32,388 bases of DNA, taken from a virus. Lineage: Duplodnaviria > Caudoviricetes. The stretch lies in the IMG/VR virus record IMGVR_UViG_3300025637_000035, positions 1-32,388 of that record; one strand, 5' to 3'. Position numbers and translations under genes: made by a program. Positions 8,939 through 19,107 of the stretch are shown here, piece after piece (the stretch's first letter is position 1; each line of letters starts with the position of its first letter). The notes beneath the pieces are model-generated. The model was not told the origin of the DNA. It did not search any database and saw only the letters and a list, made by a program, of their open reading frames with translations.

Positions 8939-9087
8939 TGGACAATAGGCAAATGATAGCAGTTGTAGAGTGCTTCATACATCACAGAACAGGCAAACAA
9001 ATTAGGATCAGAAAGCCAATGAGCCACAACGAATTTTTCTTACTTACAAAGGCTTACGAAAATTGTAAGGCTTATTTCATAAAATAG
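8938..9087 (+). CDS. Small hypothetical protein (49 aa), not in ORF track
   Basis: TAATG-coupled to terL; MDNRQMIAVVECFIHHRTGKQIRI... Confidence 0.65.
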   Translation: MDNRQMIAVVECFIHHRTGKQIRIRKPMSHNEFFLLTKAYENCKAYFIK

Positions 9088-9107
9088 CTTGTTTTTTTCA
9101 TTATACA
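9081..9107 (+). promoter_or_regulatory. Putative late promoter 2
   Basis: AAAAT-N13-CATTATACA upstream of the tail operon. Confidence 0.65.
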
Positions 9108-9130
9108 ACTAAGGGAAAATCAAATGATTT

Positions 9131-9784
9131 ATGAAGATTGAAATAAATGTACCGACATCACTTAATGAAGTAACGCTAGGACAATACCAAAAGTATTTAA
9201 AAATAGCTGAAAACAATCCAGAGGGTAATTTCTTGGATGCTAAATTGATAGAGATATTCTGTGGGATTCCTTTATCAGATAGCTACAAATTAAAGATGTC
9301 TAGTGCAGCTGCTATTGTAGATATCATTACAGAACTACTTAACCAAACACCAAAACATACAGAACGGTTTGAGATGAATGGTATTGAATATGGATTCATT
9401 CCAGACTTAGACGAAATGTCTTTAGGAGAGTATATAGATCTGGATAACAATGTTTCTAAATGGGAGCAAATGCACGTTGCAATGAATGTATTATACAGAC
9501 CAATCAAAACAAGTAAGGTTGGTAAATATAACATTGAAGAGTACGATGTAAAGAATCCAGAGGTAATGAAAGATATGCCTTTGGGTGCTGCAATTGGTTC
9601 AGTGTTTTTTTTTCTGAATTTAGGAATGGAGTTATCGAAGCATACGATTCACTCTTCCAACAATCAAACGGAAATGGAGGCTATTCAAGAGCAGCTAACT
9701 TTGGAGCAAAGTGGGGTTGGTATCAATCAATTTATGGGCTCTCTAACGGAGATATTACAAAATTTGAAGATATCACTGAATTAA
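9131..9784 (+). CDS. Probable tail assembly chaperone, zero-frame product
   Basis: First gene of the tail block; carries a T9 slippery site at 9605-9613. Confidence 0.55.
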   Translation: MKIEINVPTSLNEVTLGQYQKYLKIAENNPEGNFLDAKLIEIFCGIPLSDSYKLKMSSAAAIVDIITELLNQTPKHTERFEMNGIEYGFIPDLDEMSLGEYIDLDNNVSKWEQMHVAMNVLYRPIKTSKVGKYNIEEYDVKNPEVMKDMPLGAAIGSVFFFLNLGMELSKHTIHSSNNQTEMEAIQEQLTLEQSGVGINQFMGSLTEILQNLKISLN

Positions 9785-9867
9785 ATGTACATCAATGTTT
9801 TACGATGCTATCCTTTATGAAAGAGAAAGCAGAGATAGAAGCACAACAAATAAAAAGTAAGTTTTAA
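9131..9867 (+). CDS. -1 frameshift product (about 245 aa), G/GT-like
   Basis: The -1 frame is open from the T9 run to TAA at 9865-9867, directly abutting ATG 9868; reads SEFRNGVIEAYDSLF...KWGWYQSIY...KSKF. Confidence 0.75.
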
Positions 9868-10323
9868 ATGAAAGGATTTTATCAAGTTACCGAAACAATT
9901 AAGAACCAACTGTTAGCAGATGTAAATGTCAACACAGTTACAACTGGAGATATCACAAGAATAGATTTATCGAAGCAGACAATGTTTCCTTTATCTCATA
10001 TCATAGTTAATAATGTAGGTAACGAGGATAACATATTACGTTTTAGTTTGTCAGTTTTAGCTATGGATGTAGTAAATATTTCAAAGGAAGAAGTTGTAGA
10101 TATATTTATAGGTAATAATAATGAACAAGATATATTGAACACACAATTAGCAGTACTAAATAAGTTGGTGCAAGTACTAAGAGGTGGAACGTTACATACA
10201 GATTTATATCAATTAGATGGTACACCAAACTTTGAGCCTTTCTATGATAGGTTTGAGAATGAGATGGCTGGTTGGGCATTGTCTTTTGATGTGATAATAC
10301 CAAATGATATAAGTATATGTTAA
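9868..10323 (+). CDS. Probable tail terminator/completion protein
   Basis: Size, FPLSHI motif and position in the tail block. Confidence 0.5.
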   Translation: MKGFYQVTETIKNQLLADVNVNTVTTGDITRIDLSKQTMFPLSHIIVNNVGNEDNILRFSLSVLAMDVVNISKEEVVDIFIGNNNEQDILNTQLAVLNKLVQVLRGGTLHTDLYQLDGTPNFEPFYDRFENEMAGWALSFDVIIPNDISIC

Positions 10324-10859
10324 CTAACATTAATAAAGAACTAAACAGATTTGCAAAGTATGTAATATCACAATCAAGGGCAAACTTAACAAGAGGTAAA
10401 AAGAATAGTTCTAAGGAACTTTATAACAGTTTAGATTCAAATGTAAAGGTTAGCAAGAATAGTTTTGAGTTGACTTTCTTAATGGAGGAATACGGAGTGT
10501 TTCAAGACAAAGGTGTAAAGGGAACTAAATCTAATTACGTAGAAAATAAAGACTCTCCTTTTAGTTATAAATCCAAAGGAGGAAAGAATGGTTTAAAAGG
10601 TATGCCACCACCAAAAGCATTTGATAAATGGATTGTAAGAAAAGGGTTAAAAGGAATAAGAGATAAGAAAGGACAATTTATAAGTAGGAAATCATTGCAG
10701 TTTATGATTGCAAGAAGTGTATTTGAGAAAGGAGTTAAAGCAAGTCTATTCTTTACCAAACCATTTGAGAAAGCATTTAAAGGATTGAATAAGGAATTAG
10801 TAGAAGCATACAAATTAGATGTTGAAGCATTAATGAAAAACAGTATAAACAATAAATAA
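10317..10859 (+). CDS. Probable neck/tail completion protein (HK97 gp10-like)
   Basis: Basic protein; LYNSL, YGVFQDKGV, MPPP, FFTKPF pattern. Confidence 0.5.
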   Translation: MLTNINKELNRFAKYVISQSRANLTRGKKNSSKELYNSLDSNVKVSKNSFELTFLMEEYGVFQDKGVKGTKSNYVENKDSPFSYKSKGGKNGLKGMPPPKAFDKWIVRKGLKGIRDKKGQFISRKSLQFMIARSVFEKGVKASLFFTKPFEKAFKGLNKELVEAYKLDVEALMKNSINNK

Positions 10860-10861
10860 CA

Positions 10862-11992
10862 ATGGCAATAAATTTAAGGAGTCCATATTTTACTGGAACA
10901 GTAGAACCAAATTCGTCTTACGCTATATTAGAGTTAAGGATATGGAGTGGTTCTTTCTATAGTCCACCATCAACTGCACAATATACTTTAAGAAAAACCG
11001 TAGTTGGAACAAGTACGGCAATATTTTTTGAGTTATCAGAATTAATTAGAGATTATATAGATATTACATTTGATGGTAATTATAACGGTCAAGCAATTTG
11101 GTTTCAAACAGTTCAAAATGTTTTTTCGTGGTCTTCTCTAATTTTTAGCCAAACTTTTACCAAATTAGCACTTGATGGCTATTGGTATTTTGAAGAAGCA
11201 CAAACTGCAACACCATCTGCTTTAATTAGTAATAGAGAATTATTTGTTTTAGAAGACAACGCTTTTAGAATTCCTATTTATATTAACAGGGCTCCAACAG
11301 TTGTTTTTTATAAGGATGGAAAAGTAATAGCAACAGAAACATTTAGTCCAAGTATAGAAAGTGCTAATCAAATAAAGTATGTTTCTATTTATGGAGATAG
11401 TGTTAATTGGGATACCTTTCAAGAAAGAGTTATAGAAAATTTTGGAACTTACGAATCAAACGATTGCTTACAATCATTCTTTAATAATTATTCAATTGGT
11501 GCAGTTGATAAGATAACTATTTCAGATAGTAACGGAATAGAAACTATAAAAGTAAACGTAGTTGAAGAATGTAAATACGAACCAAAGAAAGTAACATTTA
11601 TAAATAAGTTTGGTGCTTTACAAGATATGTACTTCTTTAAAAAGTCTAAAGAGAATTTAAGTATTAAAAAAGAATCTTATAAAGCCAACATAGTTCTTAA
11701 TGATGGTATTTACAATAGTACTAATCACGTTAACAGAAATTTTAATGTAGTAGGAAAAGAATCTATTTCTTTAAGTAGTGGTTATTTAAGCGAAGAATAT
11801 AATGAAGTGTTTAAGCAATTGTTATTAAGTGAAAAGGTTTGGGTAACAAACATATTAGAAACAGGAGAGCAAGTGTTACCTATAAATGTTAAGACAAGTA
11901 GCATTGCTTATAAAACATCTGTTAATGACAAGTTAGTAGATTATACAATTGAGTTTGACAAATCATTTGATACTATAAACAACATACGATAG
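10862..11992 (+). CDS. Virion tail/baseplate protein (distal-tail-like C-terminus)
   Basis: FINKFGALQD...LSSGY...QLLLSEKVW pattern; position in the tail block. Confidence 0.5.
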   Translation: MAINLRSPYFTGTVEPNSSYAILELRIWSGSFYSPPSTAQYTLRKTVVGTSTAIFFELSELIRDYIDITFDGNYNGQAIWFQTVQNVFSWSSLIFSQTFTKLALDGYWYFEEAQTATPSALISNRELFVLEDNAFRIPIYINRAPTVVFYKDGKVIATETFSPSIESANQIKYVSIYGDSVNWDTFQERVIENFGTYESNDCLQSFFNNYSIGAVDKITISDSNGIETIKVNVVEECKYEPKKVTFINKFGALQDMYFFKKSKENLSIKKESYKANIVLNDGIYNSTNHVNRNFNVVGKESISLSSGYLSEEYNEVFKQLLLSEKVWVTNILETGEQVLPINVKTSSIAYKTSVNDKLVDYTIEFDKSFDTINNIR

Positions 11993-14056
11993 ATGCAGCA
12001 AATACAACTATATATTGAGGGGCAAAGAGTTGATATGTTTAAAGATGAAAGTATTACTATAACACAATCTATAAAAAATGTAAAAGACATTGATAAAATA
12101 TTCACTTCATTTTCAAAGACTTTTAGTTTACCAGCATCTAAAATAAATAATAAGATTTTCAAACATTATTATAATTTTGATATTGTTGGAGGTTTTGATG
12201 CAAGAATAAGAAAACCATCAAAAATAGAATTAAATAGTTCGTCATTTACAGATGGCTTGATTAAGCTAGAGGGAGTTGATTTAAAAGACAATAAACCCCA
12301 CACCTATAAGGTTACATTCTTTGGAAATACAGTTACCTTAAAAGATATATTAGGAGATGATAAACTATCTGGTTTAACAAGTTTAACAAGTTTAAATAAA
12401 ACGTATGATGCCACAAATGTAAAAGCATCTTTACAACTTAATCCATACACAAACGATATAATTGTTCCATTAATTACGCACACTCAAAGATTGACTTTTG
12501 ATACTGCTGCAAATAATCAAACGGTTGGAAATATTGGGTATCATAACGGACATAATCAAGGTGTTTTATATACAGATTTAAAATATGCGATTAGATTACA
12601 TTCTATAATTGAAGCAATAGAAACTAAATACCCATATATTTCTTTTTCTAATGACTTTTTTAATAATACTAATCAATCTTATTATGGTTTGTTTATGTGG
12701 TTGCATAGAAAGAAAGGAGATGTGCAAAATAGAAGTAATTTAAACGAAAAATTATTAACTGGTTTTCCTAATGGTTCTGATTCTGGCACTAACTCAATAA
12801 TGTTTAACAATGCTTTGTCTTTGTCTTACGTACCAGAACCAAATGAATTAACTAATCCTTTAGGATATACTGCATTATTTATTAAAACTACTACATCTAA
12901 CACAAATTTATATAGAGTATCAATAAGAAGGGATGGTGTAGAAGTTGCAAATAGCGGAGATATTACAACTGGACAACAATTTACTACATCTGTTAACCTT
13001 AACGACATACAAAAAGATTCATCTTATACTGTTTATATTGAATCAAATTTTTCTTTAACTTTTAGTGCTATTGATTTTCAAGTTTTCAGATACATACCTA
13101 ATCAAAGCATACCTATAAAAACATATTCTACTGGAAGCTATGGATATACTACATCTTTAGAATTTGACATAACACAACAAATACCAGATATAAAAGTGAT
13201 TGACTTTTTAAGTGGGTTGTTTAGGATGTTTAATCTTATTGCATACATTGAAAGAAATGAAACTGAAATTACTGTAAAAACTTTGGATGATTTTTATGCA
13301 AACCCAACTTCTGCTTCTCCTTACGATATAACAAAATATGTTGATGTAAGCAAGAGTCAAGTGAATATTGCTTTACCATATAGAAAAATTAATTTAAGGC
13401 ACGAAGACACTGAAACTTTTTTAGCCGCAAAACACACACAATTATTTGGAGAAACTTGGGGAGAGGCACAATTTGATTTTGGAGAAAAATTAGATGGAGG
13501 CATTTATAATGTAAAGACACCCTTTTCACAAATGAAATATGAAAGGCTAATAGATTCAGATACTTCTTTAGTTACAACTGCTCAATGGGGTTGGTCTGTT
13601 GATGATAACCAAGAACCACATTTAGGAAAGCCATTATTGTTTTATCCAATAAAAATAACAGGTGGAAATACAATTACTTTTTTAAATACTCCAACAAATA
13701 TTACAGCTCTTTCAAGTTACATTGTACCATCAAATAGTGTTTCTTTAGATTCTTCAGTAAGTTCTTATAATATGAATTTTAATGCAGAGCAGAATGAGTG
13801 GGGTTCTTTAGAAAATCCAGCAGATACTGGTTTTACTAATTCATTATTTGAAGCATACTACAAAAATTATATTACAAGCGTTTTTAATCCATCAAATAGA
13901 ATCACAAAAGTAAGTGCTTATTTGCCTTTAAAAATATTATTGAATTACACTTTAGCAGATAGGTTTATAATCGGTGGACATTCATATAAAATAAATTCAA
14001 TAACAACAAATTTAGGAACTGGCAAATCTGAATTAGAATTACTAAACGACCTATGA
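11993..14056 (+). CDS. Tail tip/baseplate hub-like structural protein
   Basis: 687 aa; FSKTFSLPAS N-terminus and YKINSI...GKSELELL C-terminus; adjacent to the tape measure gene. Confidence 0.55.
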   Translation: MQQIQLYIEGQRVDMFKDESITITQSIKNVKDIDKIFTSFSKTFSLPASKINNKIFKHYYNFDIVGGFDARIRKPSKIELNSSSFTDGLIKLEGVDLKDNKPHTYKVTFFGNTVTLKDILGDDKLSGLTSLTSLNKTYDATNVKASLQLNPYTNDIIVPLITHTQRLTFDTAANNQTVGNIGYHNGHNQGVLYTDLKYAIRLHSIIEAIETKYPYISFSNDFFNNTNQSYYGLFMWLHRKKGDVQNRSNLNEKLLTGFPNGSDSGTNSIMFNNALSLSYVPEPNELTNPLGYTALFIKTTTSNTNLYRVSIRRDGVEVANSGDITTGQQFTTSVNLNDIQKDSSYTVYIESNFSLTFSAIDFQVFRYIPNQSIPIKTYSTGSYGYTTSLEFDITQQIPDIKVIDFLSGLFRMFNLIAYIERNETEITVKTLDDFYANPTSASPYDITKYVDVSKSQVNIALPYRKINLRHEDTETFLAAKHTQLFGETWGEAQFDFGEKLDGGIYNVKTPFSQMKYERLIDSDTSLVTTAQWGWSVDDNQEPHLGKPLLFYPIKITGGNTITFLNTPTNITALSSYIVPSNSVSLDSSVSSYNMNFNAEQNEWGSLENPADTGFTNSLFEAYYKNYITSVFNPSNRITKVSAYLPLKILLNYTLADRFIIGGHSYKINSITTNLGTGKSELELLNDL

Positions 14057-14196
14057 TAAAAGAGATATTAGATTTATTAAAAGATACAGACTGCAAAGCA
14101 GATATTGTGCAATTAGCAAAAGGAAAGAATAAGTTTCCAGATAGTTTCAAAGAAGTATTTACAAGACAAAAACAAGAAATGGAATGGAAAAAGTAA
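14053..14196 (+). CDS. Small hypothetical protein (47 aa), not in ORF track
   Basis: ATGA-coupled; MIKEILDLLKDTDCKADIVQLAKGKNKFPDSF... Confidence 0.65.
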   Translation: MIKEILDLLKDTDCKADIVQLAKGKNKFPDSFKEVFTRQKQEMEWKK

Positions 14197-16109
14197 TTAT
14201 CGAATTAGAAGCTAAAACAGACAAAGCACTCAAAGGAATTGATAACGTTGCAAAGAGTGTTGAAGACTTAAATAAATCAGTTGTTAAAGGTAATAAAGAT
14301 ACTGCTGCTGGTTTAAAGGATGTTGAGAAGTCAAGTAATTTAGTTGGAAAAGGAATTAAAGGAATTGGTACTGCTATAAAGGCTGCTGGTATTGGTTTGA
14401 TTATTGGGTTGCTTGGTACGTTAAAAGAATTGTTTGAGCAGAACCAAAAAGCAGTTGATTTATTTAATGTTGTTTTTGAAACTTCTGCAAATGTAGTTGG
14501 GCAAGTTGTAAATGCTTTCACAGATATTTACACCTCCTTAAATCAATCGACTAAATCATTTGAATCTTTAGGCAAGGTTATGAGCAGTGTTGTGACTTTA
14601 GGTTTAGCACCTTTTAAATTAGGTTTTTATGCCATTAAATTAGCAGTACAAGAAACGCAATTAGCGTGGGAAAATTCCGTTTTTGGAGGCAAAGACCCTT
14701 TAGTCATTAAAGAATTAAATGATTCTATAAAAGAAACCAGAGATAATTTAGGCGAAGTTGCAGATGCTACAATAAAAGCTGGTTCTGATTATATTGATAA
14801 TTTTGTAGGTGCTTGGTCTGAAATAGGCGAAGTAGGTAAAGTAATTGTAAAAGAAATTGGAGAGGTTAGTGTATCTGCTGCATACCAAACTGCAAAAGCA
14901 AATGTTGAATTACAGAAGTCTGCTGAATTAGCGGCTGCAAGACAAGGTTTAATATTTGAAACGTTTGATAGACAAGCAGAAAAGTTAAGACAAATAAGAG
15001 ATGATGAAACCAAATCTATTACTGAACGTAAAAAAGCAAATGATGAATTACTTGTAAAGATTGCTGATGCAGAAGAAAGTATGTTGGCACAAGCTAAAAT
15101 GCAATTGGCTTTAGCAAATCAAAATCTTCAAAAGGACAAAGACAACGTAGAATTTAAAGTTGCTCAAATAGAAGCAGAAAAAGAATTAGCTGGAGTTAGA
15201 GCGCAGATAGAGGGTATTCGTTCAGAGCAAATGTCAAATGCAAATGCTTTAGATAGAGAATCTTTAGAGTTGATAAATGCAAAAACAGAAAGTGAATCTA
15301 ATTTAAGTATTGCAAAAGAAAAGTTTGCAGCAGAACAAATTTTAAATGAGCAATTAAGATTAGAAAAACTTATAGAAATAAATGAGGCTGAAAAAATAAT
15401 AGAAGAAGAAAGATTACAAGCTATAATAGATTTAGCAAATGGAGGAACACAAGCAAAGATAGATGCTCAAATTGCTTTAGATGAATTTACCAATACAAAC
15501 AACGAGGAAAACGTACAACTAAAAAAAGATTTAGGTCTTAAAGAGGTTGCTAATGAAAAAGCAGTAGCAGATGCAAAGGCATCAATAAGACAAGGTAATT
15601 TAAACAATATAGGTTCTAGTTTTGCCTTACTTGGGCAATTAGCTGGTAAAAACAAAGCATTGCAATCAGCAGCTTTAATTGGAGAAAGTGCGGTAGGTAT
15701 TGCTAAAACAATAATTAATACACAAGCAGCAAATTCAGCAGCAGTTTTAAAATATGCTTTATTACCTGGAGGTTTAGCTTTAGCAGCAGCAGAGAAATCA
15801 ATAAATAATATTGGTGCTGGTATTAGTATCGCTGCAAACGTTGCTGCAACTGCAAAAGGATTAAGTCAGTTAGGCGGTGGTGGTTCTGCACCATCTGCTG
15901 GAAGTGCAGGTGGTAGCGGTGGCGGTGGCGCTCCAGCAATGCCATCTTTACCTCCAGCATTTAACGTAGTTGGAGCAAGTGATACAAACCAATTAGCGGA
16001 TGCAATAGGTGGACAATCACAAGAACCTACAAGAGCGTATGTAGTTTCTGGAGATGTAACATCTGCTCAATCAATGGATAGAAATATAATTGATGGTGCT
16101 TCAATTTAA
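14184..16109 (+). CDS. Tape measure protein
   Basis: Ala/Glu/Lys-rich helical protein with hydrophobic GIG segments and a Gly-rich linker near the C-terminus. Confidence 0.8.
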   Translation: MEKVIIELEAKTDKALKGIDNVAKSVEDLNKSVVKGNKDTAAGLKDVEKSSNLVGKGIKGIGTAIKAAGIGLIIGLLGTLKELFEQNQKAVDLFNVVFETSANVVGQVVNAFTDIYTSLNQSTKSFESLGKVMSSVVTLGLAPFKLGFYAIKLAVQETQLAWENSVFGGKDPLVIKELNDSIKETRDNLGEVADATIKAGSDYIDNFVGAWSEIGEVGKVIVKEIGEVSVSAAYQTAKANVELQKSAELAAARQGLIFETFDRQAEKLRQIRDDETKSITERKKANDELLVKIADAEESMLAQAKMQLALANQNLQKDKDNVEFKVAQIEAEKELAGVRAQIEGIRSEQMSNANALDRESLELINAKTESESNLSIAKEKFAAEQILNEQLRLEKLIEINEAEKIIEEERLQAIIDLANGGTQAKIDAQIALDEFTNTNNEENVQLKKDLGLKEVANEKAVADAKASIRQGNLNNIGSSFALLGQLAGKNKALQSAALIGESAVGIAKTIINTQAANSAAVLKYALLPGGLALAAAEKSINNIGAGISIAANVAATAKGLSQLGGGGSAPSAGSAGGSGGGGAPAMPSLPPAFNVVGASDTNQLADAIGGQSQEPTRAYVVSGDVTSAQSMDRNIIDGASI

Positions 16110-16115
16110 AAATAC

Positions 16116-16142
16116 AAAATAATTTAAAAAATACATTATATA
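16116..16142 (+). promoter_or_regulatory. Putative late promoter 3 (leaderless)
   Basis: AAAAT-N13-CATTATATA-N3-ATG. Confidence 0.7.
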
Positions 16143-16145
16143 CTT

Positions 16146-16733
16146 ATGAGAATAATCGAGTTAATTTTAGATGAAGATGAAGCAATCGGAGTAGAAGCAA
16201 TTTCAGTTGTAGAAAATCCAGCAATTGAATCTGATTTTATTGCACTTAATAACCAAGAAATTAAACTTGCAGAAATAAACAAAGAGAAACGTTTATTGAT
16301 GGGTGCTTTATTAATACCACAAAAACCTATTTACAGAAAAAGTGGTAAAGAAGAATACTATATTTTCTTTTCTAAAAAGACAGTTGCAAGAGCATCACAA
16401 ATGTATCTTCAAAATGGCAACCAATCTCAATCAACATTAGAACACAATAAACAATTAAAGGGATTAACATTAGTTGAGAGTTGGATCGTAGAAGATAAAG
16501 AAAAAGACAAGACTGCATTATATGGTTTAGATGTGCCAATAGGTTCTTGGGTTGGCTCTGTCAAAGTTGATAATGATGAGATTTGGAATGATTACGTTAA
16601 GACTGGTAAGGTAAAAGGTTTCAGTATTGAGGGGTATTTCGCAGACAAATTAGAAAGACCAAACGAGGAATTAAAAGAAGATTTATCAGCAGAAGATAAA
16701 CTAATAAACGAACTTAAAAAAGCATTGTCATAA
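16146..16733 (+). CDS. Prohead protease (XkdF-like serine protease)
   Basis: ISVVENPAIE, KRLLMGALLIP, LVESW, GKVKGFSIEG. Confidence 0.8.
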   Translation: MRIIELILDEDEAIGVEAISVVENPAIESDFIALNNQEIKLAEINKEKRLLMGALLIPQKPIYRKSGKEEYYIFFSKKTVARASQMYLQNGNQSQSTLEHNKQLKGLTLVESWIVEDKEKDKTALYGLDVPIGSWVGSVKVDNDEIWNDYVKTGKVKGFSIEGYFADKLERPNEELKEDLSAEDKLINELKKALS

Positions 16734-16864
16734 TGAGAGCGGTTTATTGTAAATGCTTAAACACTTACTCAATAGAGTGTAAAACAAATCCAGTAAAAGG
16801 ATGCGAAACTCCAGAGTATTGGAAGCAAGGAATTGGAAACATTAGCAACACAGACGAAGAATAA
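16733..16864 (+). CDS. Small Cys-rich protein (43 aa), not in ORF track
   Basis: TAATG-coupled; MRAVYCKCLNTYSIECK...GC...WKQGIGNI. Confidence 0.65.
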   Translation: MRAVYCKCLNTYSIECKTNPVKGCETPEYWKQGIGNISNTDEE

Positions 16865-16879
16865 TTAATACCAAAACGC

Positions 16880-16906
16880 AAAATATTAACTAAATTTTAT
16901 TATATA
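16880..16906 (+). promoter_or_regulatory. Putative late promoter 4 (leaderless)
   Basis: AAAAT-N13-TATTATATA-N3-ATG. Confidence 0.7.
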
Positions 16907-16909
16907 AAT

Positions 16910-17497
16910 ATGAATACAAAAGAAACGTTAAACAAAGTTAGAACCTTGCTCGGTATCGAAGTGAAATTAGAGCAAATGAAACTTGATAATGGTGCTATTT
17001 TAGAAGCAGAAGTATTTGAAGTTGGTGCAGAAATCTTTGTCGTTGCAGATGAAGAAAGAGTTGCAGTACCAGTTGGAGAATATCAAGTTGAAGATGGTTC
17101 TACTATCGTAGTTGCAGAAGAAGGAGTAATTGGAGAAATCAAAGAAGCTGGAGCAGAAGAAGAAGCACCAGCAGAAGAAGAAGAAGCACCAGTAGAAGAA
17201 GAAGTTGTTGAAGAAGATTTATCTGAAACTGCAACACCTAAAAAAGTTGTTGAGTCTATAAGTAAAGAAACTTTCTTTTCTGAAATTGAAAAATTAAGAA
17301 ATGAGATCAACGAACTAAAACTTGCAAAAGTTGAAGTAAAAGTAGAAGAAGAAGTATCTGTTGAATTATCTGTTGACGAAGTAGAGGGAATATCTCACAA
17401 TCCAGAAAACGAAACAAGTAAAAAAGAGTTAAACCTTTACTCTCAAAAAGGTAAAAATAATACAATCAATAGAATTTTTAACAAATTAAATAACTAA
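16910..17497 (+). CDS. Probable capsid scaffolding protein
   Basis: Very acidic with a coiled-coil segment; lies between protease and capsid genes. Confidence 0.65.
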   Translation: MNTKETLNKVRTLLGIEVKLEQMKLDNGAILEAEVFEVGAEIFVVADEERVAVPVGEYQVEDGSTIVVAEEGVIGEIKEAGAEEEAPAEEEEAPVEEEVVEEDLSETATPKKVVESISKETFFSEIEKLRNEINELKLAKVEVKVEEEVSVELSVDEVEGISHNPENETSKKELNLYSQKGKNNTINRIFNKLNN

Positions 17498-17501
17498 TAA
17501 A

Positions 17502-18398
17502 ATGAGTTTATCAATTACAAGTACTTACGCTGGAGAATTTGCTGGGAAATATATTTCCGCTGCACTTTTATCTGGAAACACAATCGCAAATGGATTAATC
17601 GAGGTTAAGCCAAATGTAAAATTTAAAGAAGTTTTAAAAAGAGTTAGTTTATCAGGTGCTATTGCAAACGCAAGTTGCGATTTTACAGATGCTGGAGCAG
17701 TTGTCTTAACTGAAAGAATAATTGAGCCTAAAGAATTACAAGTAAATTTAGAACTTTGTAAGACACCTTTCCAATCGGATTGGGATGCGATTGAGATGGG
17801 ATATTCTGCACACGATGTAATGCCTAAAACCTTTGCTGATTACTTTATCGGTTTAATGGCTGCTGAAATTTCTGCACAAACAGAGACTGATATTTGGAGT
17901 GGAACTGCTGGAGCAGGAACATTTGATGGTTTCGCTACATTGTTAACTGCTGCTACTTTACCAGCTGGTCAAGACATTACTGGAGTTGCAATTACTGCTG
18001 CAAATGTTGTTGCTGAATTAGGAAAAGTTGTTGATGCTTTACCACCTTCTTTATACGGAAACGAAGATTTATATATTTATGTTTCTCAAAACGTATTAAG
18101 AGCATATAAAAGAGCATTAGCTACTGTTGGTGGAAGTGTACAAGGTAACAACCAAGATTTAAACGTTGAGTTTTTTGATGGTGTTAAAGTTGTAGCTGCA
18201 AATGGATTGGCAAATGATACAATGGTATCTACTTTAAAATCTAACTTATATTTTGGAACTGGTTTATTATCTGACCAAAATGAAATCAAAGTTTTAGATA
18301 TGGCAGATTTGGATGGAAGTAAAAATGTGAGATTTATCGCACGTTATACGGCAGCAGTTCAAATAGCAATTTTAGAAGACGTTGTTTTCTATTCTTAA
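17502..18398 (+). CDS. Major capsid protein
   Basis: 298 aa following the scaffold gene and followed by a strong terminator; TYAGEFAGKYI N-terminus. Confidence 0.75.
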   Translation: MSLSITSTYAGEFAGKYISAALLSGNTIANGLIEVKPNVKFKEVLKRVSLSGAIANASCDFTDAGAVVLTERIIEPKELQVNLELCKTPFQSDWDAIEMGYSAHDVMPKTFADYFIGLMAAEISAQTETDIWSGTAGAGTFDGFATLLTAATLPAGQDITGVAITAANVVAELGKVVDALPPSLYGNEDLYIYVSQNVLRAYKRALATVGGSVQGNNQDLNVEFFDGVKVVAANGLANDTMVSTLKSNLYFGTGLLSDQNEIKVLDMADLDGSKNVRFIARYTAAVQIAILEDVVFYS

Positions 18399-18419
18399 TA
18401 ACAAATAAATAATAACAAT

Positions 18420-18454
18420 AAAGGGTAGGTAGTTCATCTGCTTACCCTTTTTTT
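18420..18454 (+). terminator. Rho-independent terminator
   Basis: AAAGGGTAGGTAG-TTCAT-CTGCTTACCCTTT followed by a T-run. Confidence 0.85.
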
Positions 18455-18479
18455 AATAACTTAAAAAAAATATAATAAT

Positions 18480-19013
18480 ATGGCTTGTATATTAACGGCT
18501 GGAAGAGCATTAGGTTGCAAAACTTCCGTAGGAGGATTAAAAGCTATTTATTTTGCAGATTATGGTACATTGGGTACTGTAACTGGCGGAGTAAGTGGTG
18601 CAGACATTACAGGAATATCTGGAAGTAATATTTGGTATAAATATGATATCAAAGGTGCTTCATCATTGGAAACAAGTATAACGAGTTCTAACGAAGCTGG
18701 AACTACGTTCTATACACAAACATTAAATTTAGTTTTACCTATATTAGATAGTGCTACACAAGCTGAAATAGCTATACTAGCAGTATCAAGACCACATATA
18801 GCGATTGAGGACTATAATGGAAACGTGTTTTTAGTAGGTTTAGAGCATGGAGCAGATACAACTGGAGGAACAATTTTAACTGGTGCTGCAATGGGAGATG
18901 CTAGTTCATTTAATTTAACTATGGTTGCTAACGAAAGAAATGCACCAAACTTCACAACTGGTGGAGTTTTAGATAATTTAGATGCAGCGGCTCAAATAGA
19001 TCCTAACGCATAA
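18480..19013 (+). CDS. Probable major tail tube protein
   Basis: 177 aa, Gly/Thr-rich; MAC...C...GGLKAIYF; has its own terminator. Confidence 0.65.
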   Translation: MACILTAGRALGCKTSVGGLKAIYFADYGTLGTVTGGVSGADITGISGSNIWYKYDIKGASSLETSITSSNEAGTTFYTQTLNLVLPILDSATQAEIAILAVSRPHIAIEDYNGNVFLVGLEHGADTTGGTILTGAAMGDASSFNLTMVANERNAPNFTTGGVLDNLDAAAQIDPNA

Positions 19014-19029
19014 TCTAATTTCTTATTTT

Positions 19030-19064
19030 AAAAAAGGCAATCATAATCGATTGCCTTTTTTTTT
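19030..19064 (+). terminator. Rho-independent terminator
   Basis: AAAAAAGGCAATC-ATAATC-GATTGCC-T9. Confidence 0.85.
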
Positions 19065-19077
19065 GGTTTAAATAAAT

Positions 19078-19104
19078 AAAAATGCCTTATAAATTCATTA
19101 TATA
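19078..19104 (+). promoter_or_regulatory. Putative late promoter 5 (leaderless)
   Basis: AAAAA-N13-CATTATATA-N3-ATG, immediately after the terminator. Confidence 0.7.
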
Positions 19105-19107
19105 TAT

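Noticed and set aside
15873-15935. GC-rich GGT/GGC stretch as a foreign element
   Set aside because: It encodes the Gly/Ser/Ala linker of the tape measure protein
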